From Oscillospiraceae bacterium (GTDB taxonomy: Bacteria > Bacillota > Clostridia > Oscillospirales > CAG-272), in assembly GCA_015064285.1 (NCBI GenBank), contig SVSN01000004.1:23350-87349 (forward strand): a stretch of 64,000 nucleotides of DNA. Reading direction: 5' to 3'. Position numbers and translations under genes: made by a program. The number at the start of each line of letters is the position of its first letter. Position 1 is the first letter of the stretch. The notes under the pieces are model-generated. The model was not told the origin of the DNA and ran no database searches. It saw only the letters and a program-made list of their open reading frames with translations. Positions 50,900-61,398 of this stretch are shown in pieces.

Positions 50900-52012
50900 T
50901 TAGTGAATGATGTAGCGTTCGGTGTCCTTGTCGAACAGGTGAACTCTGGTCATGTCGATAGCAACATTTACGATATCGCCTGCACGGGTAGTGGAACGAG
51001 CGGATACACGAGCAGTCATGGAAGTTTCTTCGGCAACCAGGTACAGATAGATTTCAGCACCCATAAGTTCGGTTACTTCTACGTCGCATTCGATAACGGC
51101 GTCAGACATAGCCTTCAGGGAAGCCTGGTCATCGTGGATACATTCGGGACGAACACCGGCAACGATTTCCTTGCCAACGTAATCCTTCAGAGCGGGATCA
51201 GCAGCCTTTTCAGCAGGCAGCTTCAGAGTGTTGGTACCGAAGGTGATGTAGTAATCTTCGCCCTTCTTGTCCAGAACACAGTTGATGAAGTTCATCTGAG
51301 GAGTGCCGATGAAGCCTGCAACGAACAGGTTTACGGGAGAATCGTACAGGTTCTGAGGAGTATCAACCTGCTGAATCAGACCGTCCTTCATAACTACGAT
51401 ACGGGTAGCCATGGTCATAGCTTCTACCTGGTCGTGAGTTACGTATACGAAGGTGGTACCAACTCTCTGGTGGATCTTGGTCAGCTCGGTTCTCATGGCT
51501 GCACGGAGCTTAGCGTCCAGGTTGGACAGAGGTTCGTCCAGCAGGAATACCTTGGGATTACGAACGATTGCACGACCCAGAGCAACACGCTGCTTCTGAC
51601 CACCGGACAGAGCCTTCGGCTTTCTGTCGAGCAGGTGGGTGATATCCAGAACGCGGGCAGCTTCTTCAACGCGGCGCTTGATTTCTTCCTTGGGAGTCTT
51701 GCGCAGCTTCAGACCGAATGCCATGTTGTCAAACACGGACATGTGAGGATACAGAGCGTAGTTCTGGAATACCATCGCGATGTCTCTGTCCTTGGGAGCT
51801 ACGTCGTTAACCAGCTTATCGCCGATGAACAGTTCGCCTTCAGAGATTTCTTCCAGACCGGCGATCATACGCAGAGTGGTGGACTTACCACAACCGGAGG
51901 GACCTACCAGAATCAGGAATTCCTTGTCCTTGATTTCCAGGCAGAAGTCGGATACGGCAGTAACGCCGCCGGGATACTTCTTGTAAATGTGTTTCAGGGA
52001 TAAGCTAGCCAT
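50900..52012 (-). CDS. msmX: Multiple-sugar ABC ATPase (MsmX/MalK/UgpC family)
   Basis: [19 protein letters not shown] and LSGGQKQR motifs; C-terminal TOBE domain. Confidence 0.92.
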   Translation of the reverse strand: MASLSLKHIYKKYPGGVTAVSDFCLEIKDKEFLILVGPSGCGKSTTLRMIAGLEEISEGELFIGDKLVNDVAPKDRDIAMVFQNYALYPHMSVFDNMAFGLKLRKTPKEEIKRRVEEAARVLDITHLLDRKPKALSGGQKQRVALGRAIVRNPKVFLLDEPLSNLDAKLRAAMRTELTKIHQRVGTTFVYVTHDQVEAMTMATRIVVMKDGLIQQVDTPQNLYDSPVNLFVAGFIGTPQMNFINCVLDKKGEDYYITFGTNTLKLPAEKAADPALKDYVGKEIVAGVRPECIHDDQASLKAMSDAVIECDVEVTELMGAEIYLYLVAEETSMTARVSARSTTRAGDIVNVAIDMTRVHLFDKDTERYIIH

Positions 52013-52263
52013 TCAAAAAATCCTCCTTGGATAATTTACACGTTAAAAATTTGATAGAATATGGGATCTTTTCTGCCGGGCTCTGCCGGGCGCAGTCTGA
52101 ACCCTCTATTACCTGTGCTATATTGTACCAAATCCTGTTCGATTTTGGAAGCGTTTTTTTTACCGAAATTTATTTTATAACTTTGTGCATTGTGTATACA
52201 AGTCCCCTGTTTTTTCCGGAAATACTCTTTTCCAGGGCAAATATAATCTTAATTTTATTAAGT

Positions 52264-54429
52264 TTACAGATTGTTACCAGGCACACCTTTCATGGTCAGA
52301 CCGATCCGTTTCCGGCGGAGATCCACACTTTTTACGGCAACCTGCACAATGTCTCCCACTGACAACACCTGAGACGGATGCTTTATATAACGGTCGGTGA
52401 TCTCGGAAATGTGTACCAGACCGTCTTCATGCACACCGATATCCACGAAAGCCCCGAAATCCACCACATTGCGAACGGTTCCTGTGAAAATCTGTCCTTC
52501 AGTCAGCTCTTCCATGGTCAGCACCTTTTCCCTCAGTACGGGCATGGGCAGCGCATCACGGATATCCCGTCCGGGCTTTTCCAGTTCTCCTATGATGTCT
52601 GTCAGTGTGGGAATCCCGCATCCCAGTTCTTCCGCCAGAAATGCCAGCCCGTTTTTTTCCGCTTTGGAACGCAGATCCCGCAGACCGCCGGAAGCGATAT
52701 CTCCATCGGTATAACCGAATCTTGCGCATAGAGCTTTCGCCACTTTATAGGATTCCGGATGCACACCGGTGTTGTCCAGAATCACCTGTGAACCGGGCAC
52801 ACGCAGGAAACCCGCCGCCTGTTCATAGGCTTTTGCGCCGAACCGGGGTACCTTCAGTACATCCGCCCTTTTGGCGAACGCACCGTTTTCTTCCCGGTAT
52901 TTCACAATATTCTTCGCCGAAGTCTTATTGATCCCGGCAATGTAGGAAAGCAGGGAAGGCGATGCTGTATTCAGATCCACGCCGACCGCATTCACACAGT
53001 CTTCCACCACGCCGGAAAGGGCTTCATCCAGCCGTGCGGGCTTCATATCATGCTGATACTGCCCCACACCGATGGATTTCGGATCGATTTTCACCAGTTC
53101 CGCCAGCGGATCCTGCAGGCGGCGGGCAATGGACACAGCGCTCCGTTCGGTAACATCGAAATCCGGGAATTCCTCAGCACCCAGTTCCGAAGCGGAATAC
53201 ACGGAGGCTCCCGCTTCGGATACGATGCTGTAGCGCACATTTCCCTTCACCTGCTGCAGGGTTTCCGCAATGAACAGTTCACTTTCTCCGGAGGCAGTGC
53301 CGTTGCCGATGGCGATCACATCCACATGATACTTCTCCAGAAGCTGCAGTACCTTTTTCCGGGACTGTTCAATTTTTTCGTGAGGTTTGGTGGGATAGAT
53401 CACTGCTGTTTCCGCCACAGCACCGGTGGGCGTCACCACGGCCAGTTTGCAGCCGGTACGATACCCGGGGTCATACCCAAGAACGGTCTTCCCTTTCAGC
53501 GGCGGCTGGAGAAGCAGATTCCGCAGGTTCATGGAGAAGTTTTTGATAGCCCCTTCGCTTGCGGTATCGGTCAGGTCATTCCGGATTTCCCGTTCCACGG
53601 ACGGTGCCAGAAGCCGGTCGTATCCATCGCACACAGCGGCGGACAGAATCGGAAAGGCCGGGCTTTTGGGATTGGTGACTACTTTCGCAAACAGCGCATT
53701 CAACACAATATCCCTGTCGATTTCCACGCTTACCTTCAGTGCTTCTTCCCGTTCTCCGCGGTTGACAGCCAGTATCCGGTGTCCGGGTATGGTACGGATG
53801 GTTTCGCTGTATTCGTAGTACTGGGCATACACGGGAATGTCCTTGTCCATTTTGCAGACGAGCTTCCCGTATTTTGCCGTAAGCTCCCGTACTTCCCCGC
53901 GGCAGGCAGGATCATCGGAGATGTTTTCCGCAATGATATCGGATGCGCCCGCCAGTGCTTCTTCTGCGGAGTTGACCTTTTTATCAGGATTCACAAAAGT
54001 CTGTGCCAGTTCGTGCAGAGAAGGCGTATAGGCTTTCTTCTGCGCCATAATGGCGTCGGCCAGGGGTTCCAGTCCATGTTCTCTTGCCACGGAGGCTCTC
54101 GTACGCCGTTTGGGCCGGAAGGGACGGTAGATATCCTCCACCTCTGTCATGGTCACGGCGGCAGCAATGGCAGCGGCAATCTGATCGGTCATTTTTTCCA
54201 TGCCGGTAATCAGCGCCCGTACCTCTTCCTTGCGGGTTTCCAGACTGCGCAGGTATGTCAGCCGATCCAGCAAATTCCGCAGTGTGGTGTCGTCAAGACC
54301 GCCGGTCACTTCTTTACGGTACCGGGCAATAAAGGGGACAGTGTTGCCGCCGTCCAGCAGATCCACCGCCGCCTGCACCTGTTTTTCGGGCAGCGACAGC
54401 TCCTCTGCAAGTTTTTTTAAGATATCCAT
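52264..54429 (-). CDS. tex: Tex family RNA-binding transcription accessory protein
   Basis: TVPFIARYRKE, DPGYRTGCK and SIGVGQYQHD motifs; C-terminal S1 domain. Confidence 0.96.
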   Translation of the reverse strand: MDILKKLAEELSLPEKQVQAAVDLLDGGNTVPFIARYRKEVTGGLDDTTLRNLLDRLTYLRSLETRKEEVRALITGMEKMTDQIAAAIAAAVTMTEVEDIYRPFRPKRRTRASVAREHGLEPLADAIMAQKKAYTPSLHELAQTFVNPDKKVNSAEEALAGASDIIAENISDDPACRGEVRELTAKYGKLVCKMDKDIPVYAQYYEYSETIRTIPGHRILAVNRGEREEALKVSVEIDRDIVLNALFAKVVTNPKSPAFPILSAAVCDGYDRLLAPSVEREIRNDLTDTASEGAIKNFSMNLRNLLLQPPLKGKTVLGYDPGYRTGCKLAVVTPTGAVAETAVIYPTKPHEKIEQSRKKVLQLLEKYHVDVIAIGNGTASGESELFIAETLQQVKGNVRYSIVSEAGASVYSASELGAEEFPDFDVTERSAVSIARRLQDPLAELVKIDPKSIGVGQYQHDMKPARLDEALSGVVEDCVNAVGVDLNTASPSLLSYIAGINKTSAKNIVKYREENGAFAKRADVLKVPRFGAKAYEQAAGFLRVPGSQVILDNTGVHPESYKVAKALCARFGYTDGDIASGGLRDLRSKAEKNGLAFLAEELGCGIPTLTDIIGELEKPGRDIRDALPMPVLREKVLTMEELTEGQIFTGTVRNVVDFGAFVDIGVHEDGLVHISEITDRYIKHPSQVLSVGDIVQVAVKSVDLRRKRIGLTMKGVPGNNL

Positions 54430-54458
54430 TCGTGTTCCTTTATAATAATGTAGATTTT

Positions 54459-56717
54459 TTACAGAATCCTGTCCGCCCAGCGCCGCATCACGGTGGGATC
54501 ATAGGGCGGCAGACCGGTGAGATAGTGATTTTTATATGCTGTACCGTTTACTGTATAGTCAATCAGCAGGCAGCGCTTTTCGCTGATGACAATGTTCAGT
54601 CCGCAGACCTGTACCTTATCTCCGGCAGCCACAGTGCATCTGCCCTGTGTTACCACTGCATCGGTGTCCGCATCGGTGATAGTATACGCCACATCAGCAC
54701 TTTCTCTGGTATCATTGGTAACGTACAGCGGATACTGCCAGCCGGAAGCCTCGCCCACAAAGACCAGAACCGGCGTCTGGGAGCGTGTGATCCATGTGTA
54801 AGCCAGCTTTTTAACATAATAATAGTCTACAACGGCATCGGAAATCTGAGGCCAGCAATCGATCATGTTCCACCAGATGATGCCGGTACGGTTCCATTTC
54901 AGTGCTCTTGCCCGTTCAATGAAGAACTTCAGAGCTTCCGCCTGGGAGATCTGGGACAGGAACGAGAAGGTTTCCAGATCTTTCGGTATCTGGGCAAACA
55001 GCAGTCCCACCTGTCTCTCCATCAGCTGATTCCGGCCGCTGGATCTGGTGTATCGCAGGTCTTCTGTGCTGTGAGCTTCCCAGGATCGGTTGTTCATCGG
55101 CCAGAGATCCTCTTCGGGAATAAACTTCCGGATGCTTTCCGGTGCGGGGCAGCCGTGATAACCGGCTTCTCCGATAAAGGAAGCAGAGCTGTCACGGTAA
55201 TAGGGATCCTTATACCATGCTCTCGGCCCCCAGGTATGCTGTTCCGGCACGTTGTCCAGCGTGAATCCATCGGGAACTTCCGGCGAAGAGCGGATATAGA
55301 ACCGATAGGGATCGTGAGCCTGCAGCAGCTTCGGCAGCAGTTCAAAAGCGATCCGGTTATACCGTACACGGTATTCCGGGTAATCGAAAGCCATGTTCTT
55401 CTGGTCAATTTCGTTATCGGAAGAATACAGACATACACATGGATGGTTCCGGATCCGGCAGAGCAGTTTTTCGATTTCATCGGAGAGCAGTGCATCTATG
55501 GAACCGTCCTGGGGATAGGTGGTATTGCCCATGGCAAAATCCTGCCACAGCAGAATCCCCTCTCTGTCACACAGATCATACAGCAGGGAGTCTTCGTAAA
55601 TCCCGCCGCCCCAGCACCGGATGATGTTGCATCCGGATTCCGCAATCAGCTGCACGGCCGCCGGAATCCGTTCTTTGGCTCTGCTGTGGAATGCATCCAT
55701 GGGAACCCAGTTGGTACCCCGGCAGAAGATAGGTGTATTGTTCACATAGAAACAGAATTTCTGCTGTCCCGGTGTGAAATCCCGTTCCAGGCGGATGGAA
55801 CGCAGGCCGATGGTTTCTGTTTTTTCATCTGCCAGTTCATCTCCCTGCCAGAGCCGGGTTGTCACGGTATACAGATTGGCGTCCCCATACCCCTTCGGCC
55901 ACCACAGCTTCGGCGACCGTACGGTATAGACACCGTTCATGCTGGAAAAATTGGGTTTGATCTGAAAAGAGAAAGATGACTCCCCGCATACTGCATCCAC
56001 GGTGATCCGGAAATCTTCCAGATCCGGCGCATCGCTGGTAAACCGGAATGCCCAGCGCAGGGTGGCAGCGGCTTCATTGGCGGCAGAAACGGCAAAGTAG
56101 GTCTGGGTCAGACGGGTCTTCTTCCGGCTGTACAAAGATACATCCCGCCACAGGCCTGCCGTCACTATTCTGGGGGCAATGTCCCATCCGAAGCAGTGGG
56201 GCGCCTTACGGATATAGGAAATCTGGTTCCGGTTGGCGGTGCCGATCATACCCACGGGATACTCCCGTTCTCTGACGTAATGCATGGCAGAATAGATACA
56301 GACGCAGACACTGTTTTCCCCTTTGCGGAGCACACCTGAAATATTCCATTCATGCTCCACAAACATATCTTCCGGGTGTCCGATCCATTCGCCGTTCACA
56401 AACACATCCGCCACGGTATCAATCCCGTCAAAACGCAGGATCATCTCCTCGCCTTCCGGAATTTCGTCCAGTTCAAACGTGCGGCAGTAAGCGAAGCTGC
56501 AGTGTTCGTATTTGATATATTCGTAGTAGTTGTCCCCAAAGAAGGGATCCGGCGTCAGCCCGGCACGATGCATATCCAGCTGGACATTCCCGGGTACCTG
56601 TGCTTCCAGTGCGTGCAGACAGTGTTCCGTATCCGGCGGCCATCCGTACCGGGGATTTTTCCCGCCCTTTTCTTCGATACAGTACAGCTGCCAGGTTCCG
56701 TTCAGAGAAAGTTTCAT
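54459..56717 (-). CDS. Glycoside hydrolase family 2 (beta-mannosidase-like)
   Basis: FDGIDTVA, RKAPHCFGWD, RCWGGG, DNE acid/base and IGEAG nucleophile regions. Confidence 0.87.
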   Translation of the reverse strand: MKLSLNGTWQLYCIEEKGGKNPRYGWPPDTEHCLHALEAQVPGNVQLDMHRAGLTPDPFFGDNYYEYIKYEHCSFAYCRTFELDEIPEGEEMILRFDGIDTVADVFVNGEWIGHPEDMFVEHEWNISGVLRKGENSVCVCIYSAMHYVREREYPVGMIGTANRNQISYIRKAPHCFGWDIAPRIVTAGLWRDVSLYSRKKTRLTQTYFAVSAANEAAATLRWAFRFTSDAPDLEDFRITVDAVCGESSFSFQIKPNFSSMNGVYTVRSPKLWWPKGYGDANLYTVTTRLWQGDELADEKTETIGLRSIRLERDFTPGQQKFCFYVNNTPIFCRGTNWVPMDAFHSRAKERIPAAVQLIAESGCNIIRCWGGGIYEDSLLYDLCDREGILLWQDFAMGNTTYPQDGSIDALLSDEIEKLLCRIRNHPCVCLYSSDNEIDQKNMAFDYPEYRVRYNRIAFELLPKLLQAHDPYRFYIRSSPEVPDGFTLDNVPEQHTWGPRAWYKDPYYRDSSASFIGEAGYHGCPAPESIRKFIPEEDLWPMNNRSWEAHSTEDLRYTRSSGRNQLMERQVGLLFAQIPKDLETFSFLSQISQAEALKFFIERARALKWNRTGIIWWNMIDCWPQISDAVVDYYYVKKLAYTWITRSQTPVLVFVGEASGWQYPLYVTNDTRESADVAYTITDADTDAVVTQGRCTVAAGDKVQVCGLNIVISEKRCLLIDYTVNGTAYKNHYLTGLPPYDPTVMRRWADRIL

Positions 56718-56858
56718 AATCGTCATCCTCCGCAAACATTTCTACAGGTAGTATACCACAACCGCCCTCATCCGTCAATGGAAACCAAACACGAAATTTC
56801 CTTAACAAATTACAAAAGCATATCTCTCCCGAAGGAAACATATGCTTTCTGTCTGTAT

Positions 56859-58796
56859 TCAGTTTTTCCTGATGAAAAAAGTGTCTGCCGGAATCTGTGC
56901 CGGACAACGCAGATAGACTGTCTGTCCCGGCTCCAGTTGGATTTCACCTGCTTCTATGGGACAGTCTGTGATCATTTCCCACGTTTCAGCAGGGGTATGC
57001 AGCATCACAGGATGTCCGCTCCGGTTCACCGCAATCACAATCTGGTGAGATTCACCGTTCCAGGGAGTACGGGCAAACAGCACCGCATATTCCCCGACCT
57101 GCAGCAGATGCAGTACACCGTCCTTCAGCACAGGTTCGTCCCTGCGCAGATTGCCGATGGTTCGATAATACGCCAGCAGATCTTCGTCCATGTTATGCCA
57201 CGGAAAAGGTCTGCGGCAGAAGGGGTCACGATACCCTTCCATCCCCACTTCATCGCCGTAAAACACACAGGGTACGCCGGGCATCGCTGCCATCAGGCTG
57301 TACGCCGTTTTGAGACGGGCGATGGCAGTTTTCCGCTGCGCTTCCGTCATGTGCAGCACAGCCAGTTCCGCATTGGTATGTTCTCCCTGGGCTTCCCCGC
57401 CAAGGGCTGTCAGGATCCGGATGGTGTCGTGGGTGCCGAGGAAGTTCATCTGGTTCTCCGACGCCCATTTCGGGTACCGGCGGTACAGATATTCCGTTCC
57501 TTTCCGAAGGGCATCCGTGTCACCACGGAGAACATAGGCAATCACAGCGTCACGGAGCGGATAATTCATTACCCCATCCAGCTGTCTGCCCAGCAGATAC
57601 TGCCGTCTTTCTCCATAACTGACTTTATCGGAGGCATCTTCCCACACTTCACCGATGATGGCGGCATCCGGGTTCTGTTCTCTGACAGCTTTTCGCAGTC
57701 CGTCCAGAAATTCCACAGCAAGCTCGTCCGCCACATCCAGCCGCCAGCCGTATACACCGGCCTGCATCCATTTTGGGACTACTTTATCGTATATGAATTC
57801 CTGCCATGTGGGATCACCGCTGTCCACCCGGGGAAGGATTTTCACGCCCCACCAGCATTCGTATTTGTCCGGGAACTTCTCAAACCGGTACCAGTCGGCA
57901 TAATCCGACTTTTCGGACTGATACGCCCCCACGGAAGCATAATTCCCTTCCTTATTAAAATACACACTGTCTGAACCGGTATGGTTGAACACACCGTCCA
58001 GAATCACACGGATTCCCCATTTTCCGGCATCCCGGCACAAGGCTGCAAGGGCTCTGTCACCGCCGAACATGGGGTCTACCGACAGATAATCACCGGTATC
58101 GTATTTGTGGTTGGAAGCCGCCTCGAACACAGGAGACAGGTAAATGGTTCCGGTACCAAGGGACGCAATATAATCCAGTTTTTCCGCAATCCCGTACAGA
58201 TCGCCGCCGAAAAAGACGTTGTTGTCAACCTCCGCCCCCGGATAAGCGCCGTACTGCGGTATCCCGTTTTCCCAGTCCGGGTCAAGGACAGCATTTTTCT
58301 TCCGGTTCATAATTGCTGTCCCGGTTTTATGGAAACGATCCACAAAAATGTGGTACAAAATCCCGTCTGAAAAGCCATCGGGCGCCTGATAAGAGGCGTC
58401 ATACACCAGAAGCTGCCGTTCCCCGCTGAATTCCTTTGTCAGCGGCGTCAGTTCCACCGGCGCTTCTCCGCCAAAAAACAGTGTCCGTTCATCGTTCAGG
58501 ATCACACGGTAATGGTAATAAAACAGTCCGCCTTCTTCCATGGAGATATCCAGACAAAGCTGTTCCATGGAAAGAGGCAGTTTCCAGGTTCCGTCCGCCG
58601 CCTCAGTCAGGGGATATTCCTTCCAGACGGAGGTTTCTTTCCCCCAGCCGTCGCCATGTATTACCATGGCAATCGTTTTCGCCGGTACCGGCAGCAGGAG
58701 TTCCAGGGAGAACAGGATCTGTTCCGCCATGGAGAAAGCTCCAAAGGGAGACAGATCCCGTCCGCCGCCGTTTTTATATTCTCTGATAGAGATCAT
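56859..58796 (-). CDS. GH13 neopullulanase/amylopullulanase-like enzyme
   Basis: SNHKYDT, DGVFNH, GWRLDVA, GEVW and LGTHD motifs. Confidence 0.9.
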   Translation of the reverse strand: MISIREYKNGGGRDLSPFGAFSMAEQILFSLELLLPVPAKTIAMVIHGDGWGKETSVWKEYPLTEAADGTWKLPLSMEQLCLDISMEEGGLFYYHYRVILNDERTLFFGGEAPVELTPLTKEFSGERQLLVYDASYQAPDGFSDGILYHIFVDRFHKTGTAIMNRKKNAVLDPDWENGIPQYGAYPGAEVDNNVFFGGDLYGIAEKLDYIASLGTGTIYLSPVFEAASNHKYDTGDYLSVDPMFGGDRALAALCRDAGKWGIRVILDGVFNHTGSDSVYFNKEGNYASVGAYQSEKSDYADWYRFEKFPDKYECWWGVKILPRVDSGDPTWQEFIYDKVVPKWMQAGVYGWRLDVADELAVEFLDGLRKAVREQNPDAAIIGEVWEDASDKVSYGERRQYLLGRQLDGVMNYPLRDAVIAYVLRGDTDALRKGTEYLYRRYPKWASENQMNFLGTHDTIRILTALGGEAQGEHTNAELAVLHMTEAQRKTAIARLKTAYSLMAAMPGVPCVFYGDEVGMEGYRDPFCRRPFPWHNMDEDLLAYYRTIGNLRRDEPVLKDGVLHLLQVGEYAVLFARTPWNGESHQIVIAVNRSGHPVMLHTPAETWEMITDCPIEAGEIQLEPGQTVYLRCPAQIPADTFFIRKN

Positions 58797-58800
58797 AGGA

Positions 58801-61230
58801 TTACTTCACAGGAGATGTATGCCAGATGTTTTCCGCATATTCCCGGATGCTGCGGTCGGCTGCAAAGAACCCGGCACCCGCAATGTTGCACAGGGATTTT
58901 CTGGTCCATGCTTCTTCATCACGGTAAGTCTTCATCATCCGTTCGTACACATTCATATAGGACTCATAGTCCGCAAGGCACATATACGGGTCGGAAACGC
59001 CGTGACTGTACAGGAAGTAACTCACCATATTGGAGAAATTATTACCTGCAAAACTGCCGCGGAGACGGTCGATGGTAGCACGGAGCCGTTCGTTGCTGTC
59101 GTAGTACAGACGGGAGGTGTAACCCTGCCGCCACAGCTGATCCACTTCTTCCGAATTCAGACCGAAGATGAAGATATTGTCATCACCAACAGCCTCACGC
59201 ATTTCCACATTGGCACCGTCCAGAGTACCCAGTGTCAGCGCACCATTGATCATGAACTTCATACATCCCGTACCGCTGGCTTCCTTACCGGCCAGAGAAA
59301 TCTGTTCACTGATATCGGAAGCGGGCATAAGCACTTCTGCCGTGCTGACGTTATAGTCTTCCAGATACAGTACCTGCAGCAGTTCGTTTGCCTTTTTGTC
59401 CTTGCGGATTTCTTCGCCCAGGCTCCAGATCAGCTTGATAATATCCTTGGCCATGTAATAGCCGGGAGCTGCTTTTCCGCCGAAGATAAAGGTACTGGGG
59501 ATATAATTGCCGTTGGGATTTTCACGGATTTCGTTGTACAGGGTAATGATTTTCAGTACGTTCAGAAGCTGTCTCTTATATTCGTGCATCCGCTTTACCT
59601 GTACGTCAAACACAGAGTTTATGTCCAGTGCAATACCGGTTTTGTTGAACACATATTTGGACAGAGTCAGCTTATTTTCCGCCTTGATTTCCCGCAGTCT
59701 CTGGTGAATGGCAGTGTCATTTTCGTATTTTTTGAATTCCGCCAGCGTTTCGGGCTGCTTTCTGTAGTCTGTACCGATGGTTTCATCCAGCAGAGAGGAC
59801 AGACCAGGGTTGGAATAGCAAAGCCATCTGCGGTGTGCAATCCCGTTTGTCACATTGGTGAACTTATAGGGCATCGCCTTGTAGTAATCATGGAACACTG
59901 TCTTTTTCAGAATGTCGGAATGCAGGGCAGACACGCCGTTGACTGTATGGGATGCTGCCACGCTCAGGTTGGCCATGCGCACCTGAGAATACCCGATAAT
60001 GGCCATTCTGGAAATTCTGTCCCAGTCACCGGGGTACATATTCCACAGATCGGCACAGAGACGGCGGTTGATTTCTTCAATGATGGTATAAATCCGGGGC
60101 AGCTTCAGACGGAACAGGTAAACATTCCACTTTTCCAGTGCTTCCGGCAGAACGGTATGGTTGGTGTAGGAAACCACTTTGGTCACAACACTCCATGCGT
60201 TTTCCCAGGAGTAGGAATAAACGTCCATCAGAATCCGCATCAGTTCCGGTACTACCAGAGCCGGATGGGTATCGTTGATGTGGATAGCTACCTTATCCGC
60301 AAAGTTGTACAGCGTACCGTATGCGGTCAGATGGTCGCTGATGATACTCTGCAGGGATGCGGAAACCAGGAAATACTGCTGGGTCAGACGGAGCAGCTTT
60401 CCTTCGTCATGTTCATCGGAGGGATACAGCACTTTGGAAATCACTTCCGCATTGGAGGACGCTTCCATGGCCTGTACGTACTGTCCCTGAGAGAACAGAG
60501 CCATATTGAACGCCGTGGTATCCACAGCCTTCCACAGCCGAAGTACATTCACCGCTTCGCAGTTACCGCCGGAAATCATCATGTCATAGGGTACAGCACG
60601 TACAGTTTCGTAGTTTTCATAAGTGATACTGCACTTGCCGTCCTTCCAGTCCTCATGCACCGTACCGCCCAGACGGATATCGAAAGCCTTGTCGGTTCTG
60701 GGTACCAGCCATGTGTCGCCGCCGCCCATCCAGTTGTCGGGCAGTTCCACCTGGTTGCCGTCGATGATTTTCTGCTTGAACAGACCGTATTCATAGCAGA
60801 TAGAGAAGCCGGTAGCATGGTAATTCTGTGCGGTCAGGGAGTCCATAAAGCATGCTGCCAGACGGCCCAGCCCACCGTTGCCCAGCCCCGGATCCGGTTC
60901 CATTTCGTACAGATCATCCAGATCATATCCCATGGAACGCAGAACACTGCGGTAGGTATCCGCCAGTCCCAGGTTCATCAGATTATTCCGGAGAGAACGG
61001 CCAATCAGGAATTCCATGCACAGGTAATACACCTTCTTCGGGCGCTGTTTTTTGGCTTTTTCGTGGAAAACCTGTCTTTTTTCCGTCAGAATGTCCTTGA
61101 CACTCATCAGGGTAGCTTTGTATATCTGTTCCGCATTGGCATCTTCGGGCTTGACACCGAAATACCGTGCCAGCTTGGCTCTCAGCGCGTCGCTGATAAT
61201 CTCTTCATTGATAGGGGTAACATATTCCAT
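58801..61230 (-). CDS. glgP: Glycogen phosphorylase
   Basis: GNGGLGRLAACF, INDTHP and EASGTGCMKF (PLP lysine) motifs. Confidence 0.97.
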   Translation of the reverse strand: MEYVTPINEEIISDALRAKLARYFGVKPEDANAEQIYKATLMSVKDILTEKRQVFHEKAKKQRPKKVYYLCMEFLIGRSLRNNLMNLGLADTYRSVLRSMGYDLDDLYEMEPDPGLGNGGLGRLAACFMDSLTAQNYHATGFSICYEYGLFKQKIIDGNQVELPDNWMGGGDTWLVPRTDKAFDIRLGGTVHEDWKDGKCSITYENYETVRAVPYDMMISGGNCEAVNVLRLWKAVDTTAFNMALFSQGQYVQAMEASSNAEVISKVLYPSDEHDEGKLLRLTQQYFLVSASLQSIISDHLTAYGTLYNFADKVAIHINDTHPALVVPELMRILMDVYSYSWENAWSVVTKVVSYTNHTVLPEALEKWNVYLFRLKLPRIYTIIEEINRRLCADLWNMYPGDWDRISRMAIIGYSQVRMANLSVAASHTVNGVSALHSDILKKTVFHDYYKAMPYKFTNVTNGIAHRRWLCYSNPGLSSLLDETIGTDYRKQPETLAEFKKYENDTAIHQRLREIKAENKLTLSKYVFNKTGIALDINSVFDVQVKRMHEYKRQLLNVLKIITLYNEIRENPNGNYIPSTFIFGGKAAPGYYMAKDIIKLIWSLGEEIRKDKKANELLQVLYLEDYNVSTAEVLMPASDISEQISLAGKEASGTGCMKFMINGALTLGTLDGANVEMREAVGDDNIFIFGLNSEEVDQLWRQGYTSRLYYDSNERLRATIDRLRGSFAGNNFSNMVSYFLYSHGVSDPYMCLADYESYMNVYERMMKTYRDEEAWTRKSLCNIAGAGFFAADRSIREYAENIWHTSPVK

Positions 61231-61398
61231 AAATCGAAAAATCCTTCCGTTTGTTTGATTTCCGTCCGGCTTTCATACCACATTATCCTGTTCACCGGCC
61301 GGAAAAACGGAAAAGGCAGAGTCTCCAGGTATCCGAAATTCTGCCGTCTCCATGGTGATTATGTGATAACGATTCCCACAATTCACACCTATTATATT

